Assembly (NCBI GenBank): GCA_964493795.1
Contig: CAZBPO010000002.1
Coordinates: forward strand, 1,014 to 44,063
DNA: 43,050 bases
DNA from: an uncultured Flavobacteriaceae bacterium
GTDB taxonomy: Bacteria > Pseudomonadota > Alphaproteobacteria > Micropepsales > Micropepsaceae
Reading direction: 5' to 3'
Below, in pieces: positions 9,208-18,200 of this stretch; the stretch's first letter is position 1, and each line of letters begins with the position of its first letter. Made by a program: the position numbers and the translations under genes. The notes beneath the pieces were generated by a model. The model worked only from the letters and a program-made list of their open reading frames with translations. It had not been told where the DNA came from and did not search any database.

Positions 9208-9575
9208 AGCGGTGCGTCGGGGTTTACGCCGCCGCCCCCGAACAGATTCCCCCCGGCGATCGGCCTCTCGTCGCCGCCGACAAAGCGGTCTTCGATCTCA
9301 TAGGGCGTGGGGTCCTCGCCCAGCAGGCGCAGTTCGGCGCGCGTGAACGAGAACGCGGCTTCGCACAGGCGGCCTTCGAACTCGCTGAACGTGGTCGCGG
9401 TCTTTTCGATCGAGCGCCCGCCGAGCGCCGCGCGGAACACCAGAACGTGCCCCGTCAGATCGGCGTAGGACGTCGAGGGCTCCGGCTCCATCACATAGAC
9501 CAGCAGGGTGATGTCGCCGCCGCGCGGCAGCACGAGGTCCACCGGCTCGTACATCGCGTTGATGCTCACGGTCAC
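9204..9575 (-). CDS. Putative fibre-attachment/collar beta-sandwich protein (123 aa)
   Basis: DLVLPRGGD...ADLTG...YEIE pattern similar to LtfC-type collar domains; coupled into the operon ahead of the fibre. Confidence 0.55.
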   Translation of the reverse strand: MTVSINAMYEPVDLVLPRGGDITLLVYVMEPEPSTSYADLTGHVLVFRAALGGRSIEKTATTFSEFEGRLCEAAFSFTRAELRLLGEDPTPYEIEDRFVGGDERPIAGGNLFGGGGVNPDAPL

Positions 9576-10186
9576 CGGGGCGTCTCCGCCCAGTGAGCCG
9601 CGAACCAGTCGCTCAGTCCGGCAGCCCTGGCCTTAGACCGTCGCCGGTCTTCGGCGATCCAGATGAAACCGTCGACGAGCGCATCGAACCCAATCCCGGC
9701 CAGATCCCGGTCGCCCTTTCCAGCGCAGCCGGCGGACGCGGACAGCTCCGCTCGACGACCAGCGGCGCCGGCGCTTCCTGAATCGTCGGCTGCGTCGTCG
9801 AGCAGGCGCACAAGCCCACAAGGCATACGGATGCGAGCGATGTCCTGAACATAGACGGTGACCTCTCTTTCGGCGGCGCGCGCGGCAAGGGCGGCGGCTT
9901 CCTCAGCGTCGGCTGCGCGCGCCGACGCCTCGTCCCGCGCGATGCGAAGCGTCTCCGAATTCCGACGCTCGACCGCGTGCAGCGATTTCCACTCGTTCGC
10001 GGCCTGGCCGTTCCGATGGGCGAGATCGCGCGCGCTGTCGCGTTCGGCGACGGCCGCAACGCGCTCCCGATCAAGCCGATAGACCTCGATCCGCTCCAGC
10101 GCGGCCCAGCCGAGCAGCGCCGCAACGCCACCAGCCACAAGCCACCCGCCGAACGGAGAGCCCAGAAGGTCGAGAATGCCCTTCAC
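9572..10186 (-). CDS. Rz-like inner-membrane spanin
   Basis: GTG start overlapping the upstream TGA, with GGAG SD. N-terminal TM (FGGWLVAGGVAALLGWAAL), then coiled coil and two Cys; located in the lysis cassette. Confidence 0.75.
   Translation of the reverse strand: MKGILDLLGSPFGGWLVAGGVAALLGWAALERIEVYRLDRERVAAVAERDSARDLAHRNGQAANEWKSLHAVERRNSETLRIARDEASARAADAEEAAALAARAAEREVTVYVQDIARIRMPCGLVRLLDDAADDSGSAGAAGRRAELSASAGCAGKGDRDLAGIGFDALVDGFIWIAEDRRRSKARAAGLSDWFAAHWAETPR
9613..9852 (-). CDS. Rz1-like outer-membrane lipoprotein spanin embedded in Rz (79 aa)
   Basis: Alternative frame MFRTSLASVCLVGLCA-CSTTQP...CPRPP: lipobox, Pro-rich mature part, GAGAGG SD upstream. Confidence 0.75.
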   Translation of the reverse strand: MFRTSLASVCLVGLCACSTTQPTIQEAPAPLVVERSCPRPPAALERATGIWPGLGSMRSSTVSSGSPKTGDGLRPGLPD

Positions 10187-10317
10187 CACCCAGCTCCGAT
10201 CCAGGCGGGCAAGCGAAGAGCCTGTCCCAGCATCGCCGAGATCGCGGCGACGGCCAGCAGGAACGCCGACCAAACCAGCCGGGTTCGCAGAGAGTCCTTC
10301 TTCTGCGGCCACTTCAT
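10183..10317 (-). CDS. 44-aa single-TM membrane protein in the lysis cassette
   Basis: Manual translation MKWPQKKDSLRTRLVWSAFLLAVAAISAMLGQALRLPAWIGAGW*. ATGA overlap with the holin and GTGA overlap with Rz. Not in the ORF track. Confidence 0.7.
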   Translation of the reverse strand: MKWPQKKDSLRTRLVWSAFLLAVAAISAMLGQALRLPAWIGAGW

Positions 10318-10787
10318 TGCGCGGCCCCCTCTGCGTCGGCTTCACGGGAAACCGCCGCCGGCGGCTGGTAACGGCCGAGCGCCCAGTTGAAGACGATGTT
10401 GATGATCCCCATGCCGAGCGCGCCGCCGGCCGCGGCGAAGCCCCAGGTCACGACCAGCGGGCCGTCGGCGCCCACCACGAAGTACGAGCCCATCCCGGCG
10501 AGGATGCCGAACACCGGCCAACTCGCGTACCTGGCGAGGTAGTATCTGGTCTTCATGACCGCCGGCTCGCCGTGTCCGAACTCCGGCCGGCGCGCGTTGG
10601 CCGCGATGTCCCCCAGCGCCGCGATGGCGGTCGGACCCAGGATGCTGACGATGGTCCGCAGGGTCTCGTGATACTGGCCCTGCACCGCCTCGCGGATTTC
10701 CGAAGGGGCCAGGACCAGAAGCACGGCCAGAAGCAGGATCGCACCGGCGAGCAGGATCAGCGGAAGATAGGGGGCGATGGCGACCAT
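10314..10787 (-). CDS. Putative holin (multi-TM membrane protein)
   Basis: 3-4 hydrophobic segments; immediately downstream of the endolysin. Confidence 0.6.
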   Translation of the reverse strand: MVAIAPYLPLILLAGAILLLAVLLVLAPSEIREAVQGQYHETLRTIVSILGPTAIAALGDIAANARRPEFGHGEPAVMKTRYYLARYASWPVFGILAGMGSYFVVGADGPLVVTWGFAAAGGALGMGIINIVFNWALGRYQPPAAVSREADAEGAAQ

Positions 10788-11302
10788 CAGATCAGCCCCC
10801 GAAACTCGAAATGAGGCCCGTCCAGCAGCGCCGTCCGTCCGGCGCGACGGCTTTCCCGCTTGTAGTCCTCGACGGCCGCCTTCAGCCCTTCGATGCCGGG
10901 CTTGAGCGTGTGAAGCTCTTTCCAGCAGCCGCCCCAGCGGACGCGATAGCCCAGTTCGATCGCGGCGAGCCGGTGCGCCTCCGCCATCGGCCAGAAGAAG
11001 CGCCAGTTATTCATTTCCGGCGCGCCGTTCACCCACGGATAGGCGTCATAGGCCTTGTCGGACTGATGGTTGCTGAGCCCGGTGCCTCTGACCCCGTTGC
11101 GGGTCTGCCCGACCGGAATGCCGTTCAGCTTCGATGCGCCACGCAGCCAGGCCTTCAACTGGTCCTCGGCCGAGCGCTGTCCTTCGACGATGCCGAAGTC
11201 CTGCGTCGTCAGCGCCAGGGCGCGATTGGCGAGGGTCTGGAGTTCGACGCACACCGTCGCCAGCTGGGCGAGGCTGCGTTTCCCGAAAACGAAGGAGGTC
11301 AT
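10787..11302 (-). CDS. Endolysin, peptidase M15 family (L-Ala-D-Glu peptidase-like)
   Basis: MTSFVFGKRSLAQL start; R-SxxxQ, SNH-x6-D, WGGCW and DGPHFE zinc-peptidase motifs. Confidence 0.92.
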   Translation of the reverse strand: MTSFVFGKRSLAQLATVCVELQTLANRALALTTQDFGIVEGQRSAEDQLKAWLRGASKLNGIPVGQTRNGVRGTGLSNHQSDKAYDAYPWVNGAPEMNNWRFFWPMAEAHRLAAIELGYRVRWGGCWKELHTLKPGIEGLKAAVEDYKRESRRAGRTALLDGPHFEFRGLI

Positions 11303-11303
11303 C

Positions 11304-11342
11304 GCGCAGGGCTCCAATAGGTTGGAGCCAGCACTTCTGCGC
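11304..11342 (-). promoter_or_regulatory. Late leader element 1: GCGCAGAAGUGC plus SD-sequestering hairpin (endolysin)
   Basis: Motif at 11342-11331; perfect 8-bp hairpin GGCUCCAA-CCUA-UUGGAGCC containing the GGAG SD. Confidence 0.6.
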
Positions 11343-11404
11343 GGGCGCTAGATCAATACTCCGATTTGCCCTTTGGCGCTAGTTGCGGCTTGCGGAAAGT
11401 CCAG

Positions 11405-12034
11405 TCAGGACGGTTTGGGGCGGTAGTCCCGCCGATCGACACATGCGTCATAGGTGGCGCGGTCGATCTGAATCCAGTCCGTTTTGTCGATACCGCGCCA
11501 ACGTCTCACCGCTGGGCTGTACGGATATGCAGACGCCATCTTAATCCAGCGATTCTGCTCGGCCGCGATTACGCGAAGCTCTTCCGCGACCTCCGATAGA
11601 TCCTGATCCCGGCAGAAAACCAGAGCGACGTCGTATTCACGCCGGTGGGCCAGACGGATGATGTCGAGCGCGATGCGGACATCGATCCCCTTTTCATCAC
11701 CATCCAAATATGAGTGCGTCGACCCGTCGGGCAGCCGAACCTGCTTGTTCCGATAGCGCAGCGGCCTCGTGAACGTGTACACGCCCTCACGGCCCATTTG
11801 GGCACCCTTGGCCGTCCAGAAATGGTTCCAAAAGGGCTTGTCTGCGGCGTCAGGCACTCCGGTATAGAAGCGCACACCAGACTGCACCCACCCCTTCTGC
11901 CGACACACCGTGTTCGCAAGCGCGAGTGGATCGTAGTTCGGAAAGTTGTGGCCGAATGCGCTCTTGGCGCTATGGAAGAGATTCTGCCCGTCGAAAAAAG
12001 CGACTGCGCGAATAGGAGTGGGTAGTTGGGCCAT
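11405..12034 (-). CDS. NYN-domain (LabA/DUF88, PIN-like) putative RNase; moron
   Basis: FFDGQNLF, EKGIDVRIALD and RDQDLS acidic motifs; own promoter and lower GC than the flanking genes. Confidence 0.9.
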   Translation of the reverse strand: MAQLPTPIRAVAFFDGQNLFHSAKSAFGHNFPNYDPLALANTVCRQKGWVQSGVRFYTGVPDAADKPFWNHFWTAKGAQMGREGVYTFTRPLRYRNKQVRLPDGSTHSYLDGDEKGIDVRIALDIIRLAHRREYDVALVFCRDQDLSEVAEELRVIAAEQNRWIKMASAYPYSPAVRRWRGIDKTDWIQIDRATYDACVDRRDYRPKPS

Positions 12035-12063
12035 CGCTGACCAGCTTGGCCGAAATGGAACCC

Positions 12064-12125
12064 ACAAACAATAACCCCGCCAGAGTCCCTTTTACAGGCG
12101 TGTCCGGCGGGGAAGAAGTTGATGT
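12064..12125 (-). ncRNA. Candidate structured leader or small RNA with terminator-like hairpin upstream of NYN
   Basis: 10-bp stem CCCCGCCGGA/UCUGGCGGGG (12112-12075) enclosing a small CCU-GUAAA-AGG hairpin, followed by UUAUUGUUUGU. Confidence 0.5.
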
Positions 12126-12129
12126 GCGG

Positions 12130-12157
12130 AATATGAGGGCTGACGAATTTTCGTCAA
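12130..12157 (-). promoter_or_regulatory. Putative sigma70 promoter for the NYN locus with overlapping palindrome
   Basis: TTGACG-N16-CATATT; inverted repeat TGACGAA-N2-TTCGTCA at 12141-12156. Confidence 0.55.
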
Positions 12158-12254
12158 GTGACTTTTTGAACGAAAATTTGAAAGGTTTCTCCCCACGCAG
12201 GGAAAAACGCCCGAAATCTGCCTCAGTTCCATCGCACACGCGCGACCAACCACC

Positions 12255-15200
12255 CTAGTCGTAGATGGCCGGAGCCGCCTCAGAGCGGATGCGGCGCTCG
12301 ATCTTGGGGTTGATCGTCACGCCACCTTCATTTCTTTCGCGCGCGCGTCGGCGTGACCGGATCGACTGCCTGATCGAATCTCTCGTGATCCCGTACTCTG
12401 GATAGTCCCGATTGAACTTCCTGATCTCCGCCATCACATCGTCCCGCGACGCGCCATTCTGGATCGCTTCATCGTAGGCGGTATGAATGCGCTTCCGCCG
12501 CTCCATGATGATCTGCTCCTTGTTTCGCATCGCGGAGTTGGACTTGTAGCGCTCGCCGAGTTCAGCAGGCGTGAACCCGAGCGCTTTAACCAAAGCCTGA
12601 TAGGGCGAAACATCTTCTAGGATGTCGTCTCCTCGATAGGTCTTCACGCCATCGATGAGAAACCGCGCGGATTGCATCACGTCCTTGACGAACTTTGGCG
12701 ACATGGTCTCGATGCCGCGCCACACCCGGCCCTCAAGGACCATCCACGCTCCGCCCGCAATGTCTCGGCCCACGCCATATACCGGGCCCGCCATCTGGGT
12801 GATCAAGTCATCATACCAGTCGCGGCCCTCGAGCAGACGGTCAGAGGATCGGAACCAGATGTCCGCGAGACCGACGCGCTCGGAAATGTCCATGCCCAGG
12901 AAGTATCCCGGCACGCCGTCCAGAAACGGCCCTACGACCCAGCTAGGCAGCATCTTCAGCAACTCGCGACGCATGACCTGCTGGTCGTCGTCGCCCTCGC
13001 CACCGAAGAACATCCCCCACAACGTCGGCAGGAGTATTCCGAGAATCCATGTTCCACGAACGCCGGCCGTAGTCGCCATCGCGGCCGTGACGCCGAACAG
13101 TAGGATTTTTGCCTCGCGGCGATCCGCGGGATCGATGTCCTTGCCGAACGCCTGGCGGAAGTCCCTGACCAGGCGATAGAGCATGTTCACTTGGTAGTTT
13201 TTGAACAGGAACGCGACCTTGGCGACATCGTGTTGCATGAAGCGAGGCCGGCTTGTGTTCTGGTAGTCGAAATGAGCCTTCCAAGTTAGATCGAGGGCGT
13301 CGTCGATAGCGGCGCTGTGATCCCTTCCCGCCTTTCGCGCAAGGCGGTAGGCGGCGAGGAACGTGACCTCCCGGTTGAAAACCTCGGTGTGATGCATCGG
13401 ACCGGACAGGATCGCCATAATGCGTTCGCGTCGCGCGCTGTATTCAATCCCGGTTTCCGCCACGCTGGCGACATCGTGGGATTGGGTGCGCTCGATCAGG
13501 CCGATATTTTTGGCGACCTGGATCGCTGACCGTTCCTCGGACGTGATCTTGTAGTTTGTGTCCCAAGACCCTTCCGGCTGGAGCCCGACCTTCTCCCCCA
13601 GCCAGAGGCCCCTGCTCCCGAGGAAGTTCTTCGTCGCGCGCGTGATTTCCGCGACCGCAGCATCGATACCGTAGGCGCGGGCGCCGCCGGTCTGCTTGTC
13701 GTAGTAGGCCGCCAGAACCGGCACGCCGAGCGTGATGGTCTGGGAGGTGTTCACGAAGGCCGCCGACGGGCTCACCGCGAGCCGCCAGATGAATCCAGCC
13801 GACGTCAAAAAATGCGCCAACGGGTGCCCCGAGGGGTTCATCACGAATTGGTTCCGTTTAACCATCTCGTTGACGATTCCATCGGCCCGGACCCGCTCGG
13901 ATAGATCTGTGATGGACTTGGCCTGTTCCTTGGCATCCGCGATGTGCTGCTCAAGGTCGATCGTGAACCTCAAACGGGCGTTCTGGTGGCCGCCATGAAA
14001 CATGTGATGCGCAAATCCACGTAGCGCATCGGCGACATAGCCGGCGCGGCCCTTGCGATGGATGCGCCGCTTTCTCAGCGATGCGTCCGGCAGGGTTTCA
14101 AGATAGCGCTGGTTGATCTGGTCGATCACCGTGTCAGCAATCTCTTTCGCCATGCCCGAGCCGGTCACGAGATCGACGACGTCTGCCAGGAAGTTCGGAT
14201 CGACCAATGTTCTGGTCTTCTCGCTGTCGCTGGTTTGTCCGGCGGTGATTGTGTATCCCCCCGCGCGCTCCATCTGCTTGATGAACAGCATTTGGTCTTT
14301 CACCTTTTCGAACTTCGAGAAGTACTGCTGCCCACCGTCCTTGCTGACGGCCGAAACCCAGAAGTCGCCGAAGCGGGAAAACGGAAAATACGGCCCCTTG
14401 AGACGGTTGGATTCCAGCTTTTTGCGGATTTGGGTGATACGGGCTCGGCGCGACCATGCCCCGCGGGTCAGCGCGTCGTTGAGGATGTCGTTGGCGTTCT
14501 GAACGGCCTCGCTCCTTTCGCGGCCGACAAGCTTTGACTCGTTGATCTTCTTCATCGCGCCAGCGTGGCGGCTGCGGGCGCTCCGCAGTTCTATGTCGAG
14601 CGCCTTCCGCGCGTTGGCGATGATGATCGCCTCCTGCTCGTCCGCCAGGGCGGTATAGAGATCCCGAACCTCGACGTAGAGTTCCCGCGCCTCCTTCGGC
14701 AGCGCGTTGAAGCGCGCGACAAGCTGCGGATAGGCCGCGCTCTGCCGCTCATGCTTCTGGCGCCGACCGTCCGCGAGCAGCCATGCGACGTCGGTTTCAC
14801 CTCGGCTCGGCCGCTTTAAAGTCGCCCGATCAGCGTCGGTGTATTCGGTGGCGAGCGGCTTCGTAGGGTCAACCTGCACATCTGTCGTCTCGTGCATCAG
14901 ATCCATCAGATCGGCGTTGAGCGAACGATTGCCTTTCCGGAAACGAAGCCAGCGCTGCGAGACCACAGCCGTACGGTGATGCCAGTGGTCCCTCGTCGAG
15001 TCCATCTCCTGCTTCGTCCGGAGATAAAGCTTTGCGGCAGGGATGTGGCTGGCGACCTCATCCAGAAGGGGTCGCAGCGGCATCAACGCAAGCAGGTGCT
15101 TCATCGACTGAGTGCCGGCCGCGCGCAGTTTCTCGCGGAACGTCAGCCGAACCTCTTCGTCTGACGGAACCGCCTGTGCCTGATCTGTTTCTTCCGCCAG

Positions 15201-18200
15201 CGAGAACTTGGGCGTATCGCCCGGCTTTCCGGGGTTTTCGGCGTCCGTCTTGAAGACGTGGTCCGGCCCGGGTAGCTTCTGACCCGGCCGCCGCGTGATC
15301 TGGCTTTCCTTGGGCAATTGCAGCCCTATGGACCCAGACCACGCGGCGGCTTTCTCCTTTTCTCCGCCCTTCCGCTTCCACCCCGCCTTGATCGCCTGGA
15401 CGGACAGGGCGCGCAGCTGGTGCGGCGTCACGTCGCCGATCTGCGCCCCGAAGAAGCGCAGCGCCCATGCCTTCACCGCCCCCATCATGCGGTTGAAGGT
15501 CTCCTTCAGGCCCGGCGGCGCGAGTTCGGCCTTCTGCAGCGCCAGCGCGGCGGTTTCCTCGATATGCACGGCAGGATCGCCGTATCGCGAACGCACCGAC
15601 GAGAAGACATCGGTCCAGAACGTGTCCGATGGCCGCGCCTCGCCCTTCCCGACACGGTCGATGGCGCGGCTGACGATGTCCTCGACCCGGTCCAGTGCGC
15701 GCTGAAACACGGGCTCGCCCAGCAGCGGCCGCACGCCGGCATGGAAGGCCTCGTGCAGCACGGTCGAGCGCATCTGGTCGATCTGCCCGGCCGGCGTCGC
15801 GACGACATAGATACGGCGATCGGGCATCGCCACGCCACGGATGCTGTCGGAGCGCGCCGCCGGGCCACCGTCCGCCTTGATCGACTTCACGACGGTCAGG
15901 ATGCCGTTGTCGATCAGGTGCCCGATCTGCTTGCCCAGCGGCCCCTTGCGGAGTTCGGCCTCGGCGTCCTTGACGCTGAGCGGGTTTGCCGGCGCAGCCT
16001 CGCCGCGCCCCTTGCCGTCGTAGAAAATGTCTTTGAGTTCAGGGCTTAGAAGCGCGCCCCGTGCCCGGAAAACTTGCTCCAATAGTCCGGATCGCTCGCC
16101 GCTCGGCGTGCGAAGAAGGGATCGGAGGAATACAGCTCTTTTAAGCGTTCCGCTGCCAAGGCTCGCCGTTCCATCTCGGCGAGTGCGTCTGGCGAATGCG
16201 TCAACAACCTCATCAGATAGGGGTGCGCCTTCAGCCGTTCTGAAGGTTCCGGTGTCGAAGTCGAATCGGGTGTTGGCGAGTTCGGGGACAGCATGGAAGG
16301 TTGAGGCGGTCGATACAGCGATCAGGGCCTCGATGTTAGCGACTGTGTCGCCGTGACGCCAGACCAGAGGCGGCACGCCCAGCTTTTCATCGCCCCTGAT
16401 CTGATAGTCGTGCGGTTCGATATGGTCGGTCGTGCCGTGCCGCAGCGCCGAGGACAGCATCGCCTCGGTGCGCCGCGTCAGGGCATCCGCCGAAAGCCCG
16501 TCGGGATCGCCGATGAACACCTTCTTCGCGTTGAACGCATAGTCGCCCAGCGCCTGATAGATGCGGCTCCCCATCTGGCCGGGAAGGCTCCGGGAGATGT
16601 CGAGCCAGATCCTGTCGCCGTCCACATAGACGTTGAAGCGGGTGCCCTGCGCGGTCTCGTAGGTGAGCCGCTGTTCGGCCTTGCGATCCTGAGCGTCCAT
16701 CGCCTCGATCGTGTCGCCGATGAAGCGGACATCGGGCGCGAGCGCCTTCAGGGCTCCCTCGATCGTCCTCGCCGAGGTCTTCGGCAGCGCGAACATCTCG
16801 TCGTTCTGCGCCAGTTCCTGAAGCACGCTGGCGGCGAACCCGTCCTGCTCCGCGATGGAGAGCATAGGCTTGTCCGCCGCCGGCTTTCGCTTCGCCTTGG
16901 CGGTCTTCTCCGCCTTGGCGACGACGTAGCCTTTCCGCTCCATCTCGACACGCCCGATGCTGGTGCCGCCGCCTTCCGCCGTCTCGACGTGGATCGCGCG
17001 CTTGTCGACATGCGTGATCTTGTGGGGCTTGCCGGCATCCACATAATCGATGGTCTCGTTCAGCGTGATCGTGTCCCCGACGGCATAGGGCGCTTCCGGC
17101 TTTGCGGTCTTCGCGGCTTTCCGCGCCGGGGCTGCGGCTCGCGCGGCCGGCTTGGGTGCGGACGGCGCTGCGGCGGGCAGGTCGGTGGCGCGCACGCCCT
17201 CCTCCCGGCGCGGGCGGGGAATGCGCGCCGTGGGAGCCTCGGCCTCCGCCCGCCGCCCGCCCTCGAATGCGAGGTCGAGAACGGCCCTGGCATCGAACAT
17301 CTCTCTCGCGCGCGCGGTCAGCGCGATCCGCGTCTTCTCGATTTCAGCGCTCTCCGCTTTCAGCGAGGCCGGTGTCGGGGGCTTGGCTCGGCCGCGATCC
17401 TTCGGCTTCCGCCCCGCCGCCAGGTCGGCGCTGTCCTCGGCGATCTCCGCCTCGTCCAGGGCAATCATCTGGAAGCGCTGAATGAGGTCTTCGGCCTGTT
17501 CGACAACCTCCGGCACAGGCCGCGCGCCGCCCTCCGGTGCGGGATAGGTCTCGTTGAAATTCCACGGACCTTTGGCCGTCAGCTTGACGGTGAGCGTGTG
17601 GCCGTCATCGGTGCGGATCGTGGCGGAAGCTGTCGGCTTCTGCTTCGCGGGCTTTTCGGCAGAGGAACGCTCTGGCATCGCCCGTTTGGTGTCGCCGTCC
17701 GCCAGCCATGCCTTGAAGCCGACGAGATCGAGGCTGCGCATAGAGCGCAACCCCTTCCACCCCTTCGCGTAGTTTTCCAGATAGGCGGCCCGCGCCTCTT
17801 TCGGCGTCGCGAACCCGAGCAGCACCTTATGTTCGTCGAAGAGGCCGGTGTCCGACGCGACCTGATTGACGACGAAGATCGGAGCGTCATCCGCCAGGCT
17901 TTCAGTGCCCGGCTTCACGAAGACGTCGATGTGGTCCTTGTCCTTGCCGACCGTGCCGCGGATGTAGCCGTAGTGGCTCTTCATCGTCGTCGCCCAAGGC
18001 TTGCCGCTTTTGTCGGTCCCGCTGCGGGTCGAGCCTTCCGGGTTCTCGATCGAGATATCGAGGCCGCCGATCCTGATGTGGCCCTTGGCATAGTTGCCGG
18101 CCTCGATCTGCGCCGGCGTGGGCTCGGGCCGGTCGTTGACCGGTGAGGTCGCGGCCTCGTTGGCGGCCAGGTCCACCGACTTCGGCTCGCCCTTAATCTC

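Noticed and set aside
17344..17565. Other alternative-frame ORFs inside the giant gene
   Set aside because: Arg/Gly-rich shadow composition without a sustained codon-usage anomaly, unlike 16046-16294.
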